DNA from: Styela clava
Lineage: Eukaryota
Assembly: GCF_964204865.1 (NCBI RefSeq)
Contig: NC_135254.1
Coordinates: 16,182,001-16,246,000, forward strand
Length of the DNA: 64,000 nucleotides
Reading direction: 5' to 3'
Shown here: in pieces, positions 49,762 through 62,649 of the stretch
How the letters are laid out: the number at the start of each line of letters is the position of its first letter
Position numbering within the stretch: the stretch's first letter is position 1
Position numbers and translations under genes: made by a program
The notes under the pieces: generated by a model
Database searches by the model: none
Told to the model about the DNA's origin: nothing
Seen by the model: the letters and a program-made list of their open reading frames with translations, nothing else

Positions 49762-50095
49762 ATTGGAAACCAAGTTTTCCTGCTATACAAACGCTGCAGC
49801 TTATCGACTCTTGAATGCACACGACCAAAGGTTAGTCGCGAACTGCTCGCTTCAAAATCAGGAGAGTAGTTAGTTATTAACGCAAGCTAAGCGATTTACG
49901 CGTCGCAAGTCTCACTTGACATCAATCTGCATTGTTTACTATCTCGTAACGAGACGCGGAATACGCTTACGTTATTTTGTGAAAAACAATAGTCTGCTTA
50001 TCGCGCTATTATCCTTCGTTAATCATGATCGATACGGTTTGGCAGCGTGCACTGACTCAAGCAATTGTTATAAAGCACAATGCAAAAGTGTAAAT

Positions 50096-50538
50096 CAGGG
50101 GTCGGCAACCTTTTGTCGCTCGCGGGCCAAAATTAAAGGTTGCAAGTCATTGGCGAGCCGCACATATTTTTAGAAAGTCAAAAATCGAATGAATGACCGA
50201 TGAATCACATTTTATCACACAGATCATTTTGATATTTGCGACCATTTGAATATTTTTTTGCGCCATTAAATCATTTGCACTTAGCATCAACTTTTCTGCG
50301 TTTTGTTGCCATTTGTCTAAAGTATATTTAAATTATAGGCTCATTAAACGAGTAATTGTGAATTTTATACTTGTTAGATTATAATATAATTTAGTCTACG
50401 CGTAAATTCTTTTGCGTAAAGAATATAATCGACAAAACAGATATAATTTGTTACTATAATTCAGTGAAGCGTCGCGGGCCGGATTATATTGCTCCGCGGG
50501 CCGGATGCGGCCCGCGGGCCGTAGGTTGCCGACCCCTG
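50096..50538. mobile_element. hAT (Charlie-like) MITE, intact
   Basis: Perfect TIRs CAGGGGTCGGCAACCT / AGGTTGCCGACCCCTG, perfect 8-bp TSD GTGTAAAT (50088-50095 / 50539-50546) and subterminal CGCGGGCC repeats. Confidence 0.93.
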
Positions 50539-51460
50539 GTGTAAATGTATGCTGACTCCGAAACTATGTGGGACAATAGTGTACATTCGGACCTGCTTTC
50601 AGAAGCTTTAAGTTATCCCAGCTTCGATTCGACTTTCCCACCTTGTTCATATCTATAGTGTGTACAATTAAAGTATACTGTATATACTACCGGTACATCC
50701 ACTAATCTCTAAACCTCAATTAAACCATTTTACATGTACACAAAGGTCTACTAGAAATTTAACGCTTCATTCTCGGGGCTCCGAATACAATATAAATTAG
50801 GAAAATAATTATTCATGTTAAAAAAGGGATTGTTTTGAGTTAGTAATTAGCGTCCATAAAAGCACTACTACATTTAAAAAATCTTGGTCGCTTGAAGAAA
50901 GTTTGGAAACCACTGGACTATTAAGATCGAGCTCAAGTCGTCAAATGCTTCGTTTTTTTACAACACATGACAACACATTTTATATTTCGAGATTATGGCG
51001 ATTGATTGATGACGCTAAGATTCATGTGCTGAACGACCTATGACCTTGGTTGGCCCAAAATGTTTCATCTATGATCTGTAAATATGATATACTTTTTGTT
51101 TAAAATTTGCGTGCTGGAAATAGTCGTACATTTTTCAACCTTTAATAGGTCAGTTTTCAAGAAGCTCAAATTGAGAGACCGATTTATATGAAATCCGATT
51201 TGTATCACTAGTGAAAGACTATTGTCATTGACTTTTCGATCTGCTCCAATTGGACAACAAATTTATGTCATATAATACGGCACAAGGTGTCGCTATTTTT
51301 TATTCTGACACATAAAAAACGAATCTCTTGAAGTCCACAGAAATTTTTGAAATAAGTGAAAGTAATAGCCTTCTGGCGAAAAATCAATCTTTAACCACTG
51401 AAAATTTCAAAGCAATTGGTATAGTATTCGAAGAGAAACGCGATTTCATCATGACGAATG

Positions 51461-51589
51461 GGGTGTATGCCGCACATCTGTGTTTTAGGCCAATATGGTC
51501 TTGTGCATACATCCCGTCTTCAGTATTTATAAGTACTTACTCTTTTATATTGCTTTTACGAGACGAATAAACATACATACATACATACA
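51461..51589 (+). mobile_element. Retroelement 3' end with (CATA)n tail, inserted within a dispersed repeat
   Basis: Matches 19189-19321 and interrupts a copy of the 6311-6720 repeat unit. Confidence 0.7.
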
Positions 51590-53270
51590 ATGAGAAGAAA
51601 AACAAGAACAACAACATAATATTGAAACGATCGTTATGTACACTGACGTGTCCGATAAATTGTAAGTTGCAATGTGGAACTAAACATTTTTCGCAGCATT
51701 TTAGCCAGAGGCAAGATTCATGGTACAGGCATGACATCACACTTCCATTCCTAACTAAAATTAATTGTATTTGAATATCCAAAAGCGGCCTAAGTGTGCA
51801 GATGGTCAGTTATATACATAACATATTTCTACAAGTTACCAATAGTTTTATCCTCAATATAAATTTCATATGAGACGACTATCGTCCTTAACCCGTCAGT
51901 CCACTGCGGGCCACTTGGAACTTGAAATCTTTGCATGACTGGGAGCAACGACTAACATACCGACTGGAAGTAATCAATCGTGAAATAAATGGTATTATTT
52001 TCAATTTTATTCAACGTTGTCCAGTTTTCGGCTGACAAACGACTGTCCTGAAAATGAGAATATTTAGTACATATTTAATCGCACTAAAGGTAAAGTGGAA
52101 GATGCAATGTGGAACTGAGCATTGCTTTATCATGGTAAGATGGACGATACGCAGAATTGGGCCGGAGGCAATTAATAAATGGTAACTACGTGTATAAGTA
52201 AGCAGTGTGACGTCACATTGCTTTACATCATAGATACAGATCCGGTCGGGGAAACCCCTGGTTATATTCAAGCCAAGTAAAACTGCTCACTAATCAATTT
52301 GGTGATAATTGAACAACGGATTAATATTATAAAATTGAAGCGATAACTGGGTCACTCAGTGGGAGGGCTCTCCTTCTTGATACATTCTTTGTTTTAGCGC
52401 TTCGCTACCTTTTGCACTGCGGACGTGATTCAACCGGCGAACGCAATGTAGCGTGCTGATTTTTTATCAGACGTTGCAGGAAATCGGTCTCGCCAAACAA
52501 TGTTGCGGTCTCTTGTGAGGCTTCGCACGGACTTAGCGATTGAGTCTTGCTATAGACTCGTTAAAATTGACCCATATAAATGGGACGCAACATTTGTGTA
52601 TTTAGTCAACATTGTTACGCTATGATGGTACTGAGGTATATAATCTTAGTATAGCGCATTTTAATAAGGGATAGTTGGGAAAGTACTGAAGTATGAAATT
52701 GATCGCTCTATTCTATTGCAGTATTGCAACCCAAAATACAGAACTTCGATACCGGTACTTGTTAAGCCGTGTTCAACCGCAGACTGAATTTTTACAGTCC
52801 AACAGTTTTGCCCATGAAGCAAAATATGCGATTTCAGTGCGTCATTACTGCATTAGCATTACACAATTTATACAGTACAACAATACAAAAATACTTGTTA
52901 TATTGTAGACAATTCTAGAGAATGGCTATTGCTGTATCTGGGTATTGAAACGTTTGAGATAGACTTTAAATACAAGCGAGTTAGCAATTATAATAATATC
53001 CAAATACAGGAATACCCTAATAATAGGCTATGTTAGTTTTATTTTGACTTAATTGATCATCTGTGGAAGCAGTTAAACATTTAACAAAAACATAATGAAA
53101 TAGTTAAAATAAAAAATAGTGCAATTAAAATCGTAATAATACCCAAATACCAAATAATATTGCCAAATTTCACCAGTCTTTAATTTTTCTTTATTTCACT
53201 TCATACTTGTAGCCTAGTTTTGTAGCAGTTTGTTAACAGAAACAAATTGTACATTATATAGCAAGGCAAA

Positions 53271-56200
53271 ATGCATGGAATTATAGCCATCATGCTTTTT
53301 GTGAGCGTGCTCCAGTCTTTTGCACAAGATCATAACCCAGGTAACATTTTGAGATGTTGTTTAATCATTTTTTTCAACTGTTACCAGTAATGTACCAAGC
53401 ATATTTATCAAAAGCTAGTGCGTTTATTTTCTGCCTTAGCCAAAATTTATCTTCTTACACCAAATCTTCTTACACCATGCAGCCAAACTTAGTTACAAAT
53501 ATTTGTATATAGGCTATATATCTATGTATTAGGTGTTTTATATTTGTAAATTCTACATCCAATACATCATTGAATGTTAATTTTATTTCAGGAGAAGTGA
53601 AATTATTGATCGTCACTGTGGCAACTGAACAAAATGATGGTTATAAAAGATTTATGCATACTGCTAAATACTTCAAACATGATGTTTTGGTGAATACGGA
53701 ATTTTTTTTTATTTCATGTTAATTTATGAACAGGGTTTTTATAAAACGTATTTATATTATCGAAAAATCTTGATACAAATGGCCAAGTACAAACCGCCAT
53801 AGTTTGATTTGGTGCACCCTCGGTGAGGGGATGTGCATGGGATTCTTAAACATTACTTCTTTCTATATATTCAGGTTCTGGGAATGAATGAAAAGTGGCT
53901 TGGCGGCGATTTGGTAAATTCAGTTGGGGGTGGACAAAAAGTTCTTTTTCTTCAAGAGGGATTAAGAAAATATAAAGATTCTGAAGATCTTGTAATCATG
54001 TTTACTGACAGGTAAACAACATTATGATCAGCTTGAAAAATCTAACTACGGTAGCTCCACAATATTGACTTAATTTCATCCTCAGTTATAAGGAAGTGAT
54101 TCACATTTTTGCTATGGATAAATTTCAATATACTGTAAGCAATAATGTATTTACTTTTTATAAGCAGGCAATAACGCCAACATGGTGCAAAACCAGGAAG
54201 GGGCGGTAAATATTTTTGAGGATGTTTTTGTAGAAAAAGTTGTTGTAAACCTATTTCTATAAAAACGGAGAAATCAATTTTTCATTAGCGAATGGGGTAA
54301 TTTAAGACTTACTTGTTTATTTGAGTTTGTAATAGCTTTTTTTTTGTATTGTTGGTAGGCATTGATGATGTGTGTAGTGGACTAGTGGTGTGAGGGAAAT
54401 GGTAGATAAACGTTTGAGAACCATTGATCTACTCAAGTGTTTGTACTCTTAGTCAGGCATTGGAAATTTGATAATTTTTGCAATTTAACCATCACTTTAA
54501 ATATCTTCAAATTACCGTCAGAATAATTGGGCCAATGCACTACATACTTAGAAAATTTAATTTTTAAAGTAATTGATTGTCTGTGAAACGGGAAAACCTC
54601 AAGTATTTAATGGTTTTATGGTTTATAATATTTCATATTATTTATTGCATGATACAGCTATGATGTAATCCTACTTGGAGACACAGAAAATATTTTGAAC
54701 AAATTTTTCGAATTGAATGCAAGGATGGTTTTTTCAGCTGAGAATACTTTGTGGCCTGATAAAAGTTTACAGGTAAAACTTTATATTTGCTCCATTGTGT
54801 TTAATATTTTGAATAGTCTCTAGTAAGGCCAAATTGTTATTAAAAAATTAGTAAAAATATGTCAATGTTAAAGGTTTATTCTACATTATAAAATATAACA
54901 TTATATATATCAAATTTCCCCCATTCTATTTTCAAAGAGTGATCAATGTAACAATATTTGGGGTTATGATCAACTAACTACCGAATTTTGTCAGTGCCTG
55001 TTCATATATTGCAATACCATAGCAAGAACCGAGAAGACTATTCTATATCATTGCATGCTTACTACATGTCTAGCAAACACAAATTTATTTCTTGTACAAG
55101 GAAACATAATCTTGGTCAAATGAAACAATACACATTTGTGTCAGTGTGCAGCAAGGCGATTACTTTCCAGTGATTACTTCTTTATTTGCATTTTAAAGTT
55201 ATTTCTGTCAACCTCATGAATTTCTTAACAAGTTCAATTTTGCTTTTCAGAGTAAATATCCAGTAGTTCAAAGAGGAAAACGCTTTTTATGTTCTGGGGG
55301 AATCATCGGATATGCCAAAGAATTTTGGAAAACGATTAATCAATGGAAAGTTTCTAATACAGATGATGATCAATTATATTATACTCATGTTTATTTAAAT
55401 GCTACTTTAAGGGTTAGTCTTATATTTGATGAAAGTTTTTAAAATTGTACTTTTTGATTCAATTTTTCAATTTTACTCTAGTTCTATTGGACAAAATATT
55501 TGTGGATTGCCCTCTTGTTCAATATTAATTGACCAGTCAATTTAATGTTCCTCTTAATCGTCAAATAGATAGACATAGTATGTGTCTAAAATTCATTTTT
55601 AATATTGTACATGAAAAAATCACAGTTTGTATAGGGTATTTTTACATATTGGTATTAATATCTTTGGATTATTTTTAATATAAACTTCTAAAATATTATT
55701 CAATGTTTAAATTTTTTTCCAGACTGAACTGAATGCAACATTGGATCATACCAGTCATATATTTCACAACTTAAATTTTGCTAAGGGTAAGAATTGTAAC
55801 GATAAATATCAACATTTTGTTTACAATTAAGAACAGTGTGTGTTTTTACTGGTGTAGGCTACAATTTCAAGTTTGCTTCGTGACAAATGGAAACCATGTA
55901 ATCCTAAAACTCGTTGAAGTAACCAACTGACTATATAGCTGAGATTTTCATGTGAATTATACTAGACAAATCATAATATCAGCATATTTGACAAAATTTT
56001 TTTTGAAGTTTGGAACAAATTCTTGAGAGAATTTACCATATGTGCAAACTTTTGGGTACAATCATACACAAACAGAATGTTAAATAAATTTTCTTAATAT
56101 TCGTAGAAGTAGCAGACTTTTTTGAGCCACCCCGTATGTAATAGTGACTACTTGTTCAGAACTTTTTTCCGAGGCAATTTTAAAAAGTATGTAAAATTTT

Positions 56201-59200
56201 ATTTATCAGATGAAATTGATCTTGAGGTTCAAGACAAAATGATGGTCATTAAAAACACTAAATATGATACGATCCCACCAGTTATCCATGGCAATGGACC
56301 ATCAAAGGTAAGTACTTGTACCACATAGTATGACAATAAAAGTACAGAAAATATTTGGGTCCATTCTAAATACAACAGAATCATATTTTTTATTTTGTTT
56401 ATCATATGTTTCTATGTGTGATTGTGATATTTGTCGGTCATAATTTGTCTCTTTCAGTGAGGTGTTACCGGTCCAGCTTGACTAATACCAGACTTTGTAT
56501 CAGCAGCCATTCAAACTTTTCAAATTAAGAGGCTTTGGTCCACGAACTTTTCGTACCATCACATGGAAAACAGGAAAATTTGTGGTTTTAGGGTTATATT
56601 TTCAGTCACCTTGGGGTTTGTTTGAAAATAATAATATTTAATAATAATATATATGTAAATTCATATAGTATTTTAGCATATTCGCCACCAGGGTGACATA
56701 TATCGTTAACCTGCTGGCACCAGTACACTGCAGTTCTTAGTCACACAGAAACTATGCCTAAAATGTCCTATAAATTCATGTGTATTTGCATATGAGTTTG
56801 GCCAGCCCCTTTGTGGCCCGAAAAGTCTGTATACCACACCATTTACACATACTAAGTTACTACCCCTGAAATGCCTGGAGTACTTGAGCTTATTTCAACA
56901 CAATTTCCCACACTCTGATTAAAGTGATCCGAGTTACATGAATGAACTTTAAAGGATCACTTTCAAGATCTTTAAACTACTATTGTAATCTATATATAAT
57001 GCTTTATTAAAGCCAGTATATTGAAAATTAGATTTCTGATTTGTACTTGATTTGTATAAATATTTTTTAATATTTTCCATTTTAGTTTCATCTTAATTAT
57101 CTTGCGAATTATGCACCTGATGGTTGGCACCCTGATCATGGCTGTCAGAATTGTGAAGATGATCAAATTATTTTTGAATTTGAAGACGAGGTTTGTGCCA
57201 ATTTCACTTTCATTTATTTTAATACGCTCTGTTATTTTGACAGTCTATTACAAACTTAGTTTAATAACAAATAGCTAAATATGATTGCGAGAGTTTCTCT
57301 AGAAAACACAAGGAACTAAAGAGAGTAGAGAGTACAAAGAGTATGGTACAAGTGAAAGCGTGGGTCTCTGATTGATGAATAATGTAATCAAAATGCGAAA
57401 ATCGCTGCGCAATGTCAAAAAGGCATAAACCGAATCCCATTATCTCACTGATACTTCTAGATCCAAGAAACTTTCCGTCATATTCTTATTAATTGCCCAT
57501 CCCTACATGATACATTTTTTGAGAATTTGCTCAAAGCTGTTTCTAAACATTATTTGGTAAATAATAGAGGGATTGTCAGAGCTATTCATGTTTAGACGAA
57601 CAATGCATATCCTGTCATTTTCATTGACTTATCTCTGGTATTAGACTTTTAGAATGTGTGTTGACTGTGATATTTTAGTACTCTTGCTTTTACAACTACA
57701 TGGTGACATAAAACAGCAGAAACCATGTCATTTGGAGCATATACTAGAAAAAACATAACTTTGTGCAAAGGATCCTAGATTACTGAAATTTACAAATTTA
57801 CAAAAACGGAAATTCAAGTGTTAAATAAAATTTCTACCATTTCCTGGAAGTAATTAGGAAATTGATAAGTTCTGTTTTTTTTTATTTTTTTTTATTTTTT
57901 ATTTTTTTTTATTTTTTCTATTTTCGATGAATTAAAATATCTTGACATCTTTTTTTTTCTATACGTATATATTTATATTTTTCAGGATTCAACTCCACAT
58001 GTTATGATGGGTATATTTGTCATTGAGGGAACACCATTTCTATCAAAATTTTTCGAACGAATTGCCAACATAAGTTATGCAAAATCAAGAATAAGTCTAT
58101 TCATTCATATCACGGTAAGATATACAAGTGGTTCATAAAAAAGTCTCGTTATTTAGGGGGTTAAATAAACTTGATGTGCTTCATGCAACCAATGGTGCAC
58201 ATATAAAGGTATTTAAAGGAAGTGAGAGAAACTCAAATAAACACTTGTTGAAACGAAAGAAACTTGGGTAATTCATGTTTAGTTTAGTTGAAACAGTAAC
58301 TGGACATTATGATGGCATAATATAATTGTTTGGTTACATCCAAAGCAGATTCGAAAATTTGACTCTATAAGGATTTTTTCGAAACACTGGGTATAAAAAA
58401 ATGCGCTTTGAATACTGCAACTGCTGCTAGTTCTCATTTTTAATTACGGTACTATGGCATAACAGGGATTTTGCTGTTTATTAACTGATAAGTGGTATGG
58501 AGCTTCCCTGTGTTTCATTTTCTGAATATGCTATGAAATGATTTTTTTTCAATCATAATGTATATTTTGCTGCCTAATTGCAGTAACATTAAGGAGTAGA
58601 TATTTTACCGACCATTAGTAGATGTACTCTGATTTGCGGCATTGCATTTTCCTGTTGCGGATGATTTCTGAATCCTTACAGAGATATGTTTGTGTCCCTA
58701 AACTCTATTAAAACTCAAATGAGCATATCGCTCTACTCTGCAATTGTTATAGCTACTTTACATAAGTTGTTCATGTACTGTTTGATTGGTTAGGTTTCCT
58801 CCACCATTAAGTCTATGCATATAAAACAAACTAATATTAACTATTCCCATACCTGTCATGGACTGGTAACCATATATTAGGTCATGTTTGCCATACAGTT
58901 AGGCTATCTGTTGGATGTGAAGTGACCTATGAATGAATTTTTCATTAACTAATTGCTTTGAAATTTTCTGTGGTTAGATTTCTTGTTGTTGTCACTAGAA
59001 AGCTATTACTTTTATTTATTTCAAAAATATCTTTAGACTCTATTGGATTTGTTTTTCACATCAAAATTTGTGTGATGATGTCATCAAAATTAAAAATTGT
59101 GTGCTCGTTTTCCATAATCACATCTCCGTGCTCTGATGGTCAGACTATCGATAGTGAAAAGATTTGATACTTTTATGTTTTGACCTTTGTGTCCATGTAC

Positions 59201-62200
59201 TATTGTATCGCTCTCTTATTGTCTTTTCTCCGAATGGATATGGACATCTTATTCTATCTTATCATCAATTTTTTTTCTTAAAAAATACTATATACTTTAA
59301 TACTTTAACGTTTTTCATTAGTAACTCTTTTTATTTGTATATTTTTGTAATACACTTTTCGTTTTACTACATGTTGATGCAGTAACAATCATGCCACACT
59401 GAGCTTCCATTTATCAAAATCAATCTTATCGCAACTCCCCCAACTCTTTCTCATTTATCTATTTTATTCACGCCCTCTGTAAAATTAATTGTATTATTTG
59501 TTTTCAGGACAAAGTAGAGGAAAGAACAGTTTCGCAATTTCTAATGAAATACAGAAGCTCCTATAACAATGTACACACAATTTCATATCATGATAACATT
59601 GATGATTGGACTGTGAGGAACTCAGCTGTGTAAGTTACAAACTAATTTTTTTCTAATTGAATTATAAGGCTTCTATATTCTATAAAAGATAGCAATTTTA
59701 TTCTGCGAAAAACTGGTTCAATTAAGCAATATCGGTAGAACAGTCAATTTCTCGCTGTGTGAAGTGTTCAAATGTGCACTTCAATAGACCGGACCTATAT
59801 GTCAGTGTACATGCCTCAATTGTTAGAAAGCTTACTTACACTTTTCCCTCGTAACTCAACCCAGTACAAACATCCATAGATATGTAATCGTGCTGCAATT
59901 TTTTCCTCTTTTTATGATTGTTATGTTTTTCACTCTGAATAAGGCCCTGTGCAAGTTTACAAATATCCACTAATATTTAATAATATTTAAGGAGGTACTT
60001 TTTTTGAGTGGACTCTAATCTTTTTTGTTTGACATTGCCTACCCAATTTACTCAACTCTGGAATGGGATTTGAATCGGGCATGTGTTAAGGATGGCCCTG
60101 GATGAATGCTAGACTAGAAAGGAAATTTATGGGAACTTGGAATCTGATCTTTTTATTTCCATAAACATTAAATTTCATTTTGTTTGAGAAGCTTTAGTAC
60201 CTCTCCCCGAAAAAAAAAACACAAATCTGCTAGAAATATAAATGATTAAAGACATGTAGTTTTTCCCACTCTGCAACGTACCATCATCTTGATAAAACAT
60301 ATTTTTTTATACAGTGATCACTGTCTCCTGATAAAGTGCGACTACTACTTCAGTATTGATTCAAATGTTCAACTGACAAATGCTAACACTCTCAAGTATT
60401 TGATGAGAAAGAACAAGCAGGTAGTAACTTTAAAATGTTGGTTCTTTTTACTGTGTTTTCAGAAATATTTCTGTTATTTGTGTGTAATAGTTGGACTTGG
60501 CCACTTGGCTTCAAAAAGTGTTGAAAAAATAAGATCATTGAAATGTAAAAACAAATTCCCAAACTTATATTTGATATATCGTATTGAGATTTTTTTCATC
60601 AAAACAAATTTATTGTGCTTCCACAAAAGCAGCTAATCAACTTTGTTCATTAAGACAGAATTATTTGGCACCAAAAAAGACAGCTGTCAAATAGGGTGAC
60701 GATTTGAGAGTACCATAAACTTGTGCCAAAATGTACCCTCAATTTCATGCAAAAATGATTATCAGCTGAAAATTAAATATTTATATTGAATAAATCTTTC
60801 TCTATTCTATTATTTATGCGTCTCATTTTTCCAGATCATTGCACCTTTAGTAAAAAGACCTGGGAAATTATGGTCCAATTTCTGGGGAGCTTTAAATCTC
60901 GATGGTTTTTATGCTCGATCTGATGATTATATGGATATTGTCAACAATGAAAGAATGTAAGTAACAAATTGCAAATTATTTTCTGGTTTCATCATGTGTA
61001 ATGCGTGTATCAAGTCGATGCATCTCAAACACATAACCGGCTAACTCTTTCAATACCCAACATGGTCTGGTAATCGCACAAGAGTTGGTATTTTGTCATA
61101 TGATTAAGACTTCTTATCAACTTTCCTCTATCGTGGGATGGATATGAAAGTCATATCCTGTAATCACGAAACTGGATGTTACACTGCCCCATCTCTTTCC
61201 CTTGGAAGTTGTTGTTGGTAGTGCACAGGTTGTCCGGGTTTTTGCAGAGATTAGTCAAAGTCTCTAAATCTTCAGTCGCGAGGTGCGGGTCATCCGAGAC
61301 TGAGTCCAAAGTCAATCACTGAGGTAACTCTAAATCTCACTGGCGATTAGTTGAAAATGAGTCCGAGTAATTTCATTTAGATGACTCGAGTGACTTTGTG
61401 AGTCTTTGGTAACTGGTGACTCGAGTGCCTCCAACACTGAGATTGCGAATGCCTCTAAGTTGGAAATTTACATGCTATTTTGGAGTCGAGTAACATTTTT
61501 GGGTACTCCCGTAGTATGTGAACTAAGATGGTAGACATCGAAACATAGTATGTGTACCAGGTTAGGGTTAGGCCATAATTTCAGGTCAAATACTACGGGA
61601 GTCACTTGGCTAGTATCCGAACTCGTAATAGAACTTAAATAAGAAAAATTGGAATAAAATTATGGCCTGACCCTAACATGGTACACATACTACGTTCTGG
61701 TGTCCCGCCATCTTGGTACGCATACTTCAGAAGTACCCATTTTTGTACCTGAACTTGGCGACTGCCACCAAAAGTAGAAATTCTTATTCAAGCTTGTTCT
61801 AAAAAAGTTAATATAAATATTGCTGACTACCTGACTTCAAATTTTAAACACTGGTTTTCAGTTATAGTTCTATTTTTTACCAAATTGTTTTCATTTTCAG
61901 TGGTGTATGGAATGTCCCTTTTATCAACTCTGTGTATTTGGTGAAAGGCACCACTTTGAAAAATTTAGCAGAAAAAGTCCCGCAACCTTATACATATGGA
62001 AATTTTGATTCTGATATGGCATTTTGTGCAAATGCAAGAGATAAGGTAAGAGAGATTTTTACATTTCATTTATAATAACTGACATAGAATGATTTAAAAC
62101 AGTCGTTTGTGGTTAGCTGATTTTTTTTCCTTTTATATCTGCTCAATATGCTTTTCGTAAGCAGCCAATGGCAAGTAAGAAAAGCTTGCAGGAAAATACC

Positions 62201-62649
62201 AAAGACATAAATAATTGCGATTATCTTATTGCATCAATAAATGCAAGATTGCAGCTACAGAGTGGCCCCCCTCCCCCCAAAAAAAGTCAGGTCATTCGGA
62301 ACTTATCCTAGAAAGAACATAACTTTTGTGCAAAGCATCCTAGGATACTGAGACTTACCGAGTACAATCATATACAAATCCAAGTTTTACAAAAATTTTC
62401 TTCATTTTTCGTAATTAAGGTAATTAAGAAATTTGGAAGTTTTGTGTTTTTTGGGCTCACCCCCGAGTACACACAACCCTAGTAGTTTGTAGAGAAAAAA
62501 CATGCAACAAATTGTTTGTTTTTTAACAGATTTTGTTCCTGTACTTGTCCAACGAAGCTAATTTTGGAAGACTTCTATACATTGATGAAGAGAAAACTAA
62601 AACGAGAAGAATCAATGCAGATTTATGGGAAATTGAAATCAATAAGCCG
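53271..62649 (+). CDS. PLOD3: Procollagen lysyl hydroxylase/glycosyltransferase (PLOD/LH3-like); 5' 14 exons, 3' dioxygenase domain beyond the window
   Basis: join(53271..53340,53592..53689,53875..54011,54658..54772,55251..55412,55723..55786,56210..56307,57086..57190,57986..58114,59508..59629,60315..60420,60835..60956,61901..62045,62530..62649,...). Signal peptide, then [80 protein letters not shown] and [13 protein letters not shown]. It is probably the single invertebrate-type PLOD. Confidence 0.95.
61501..61738. mobile_element. Long-TIR MITE with TTAGGG repeats (second copy)
   Basis: GGGTACTCCCGTAGTATGTG...CATACTTCAGAAGTACCC; homologous to 42560-42787. Confidence 0.85.
62257..62465. mobile_element. 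Degenerate Tc1/mariner-like MITE family
   Basis: Starts TACAGAGTGGCCC and ends GGGCTCACCCC. The internal ACATAACTTT.GTGCAAAG.ATCCTAG...TACAATCA block recurs at about 25390-25580, 56040-56137 and 57750-57880. Confidence 0.55.
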
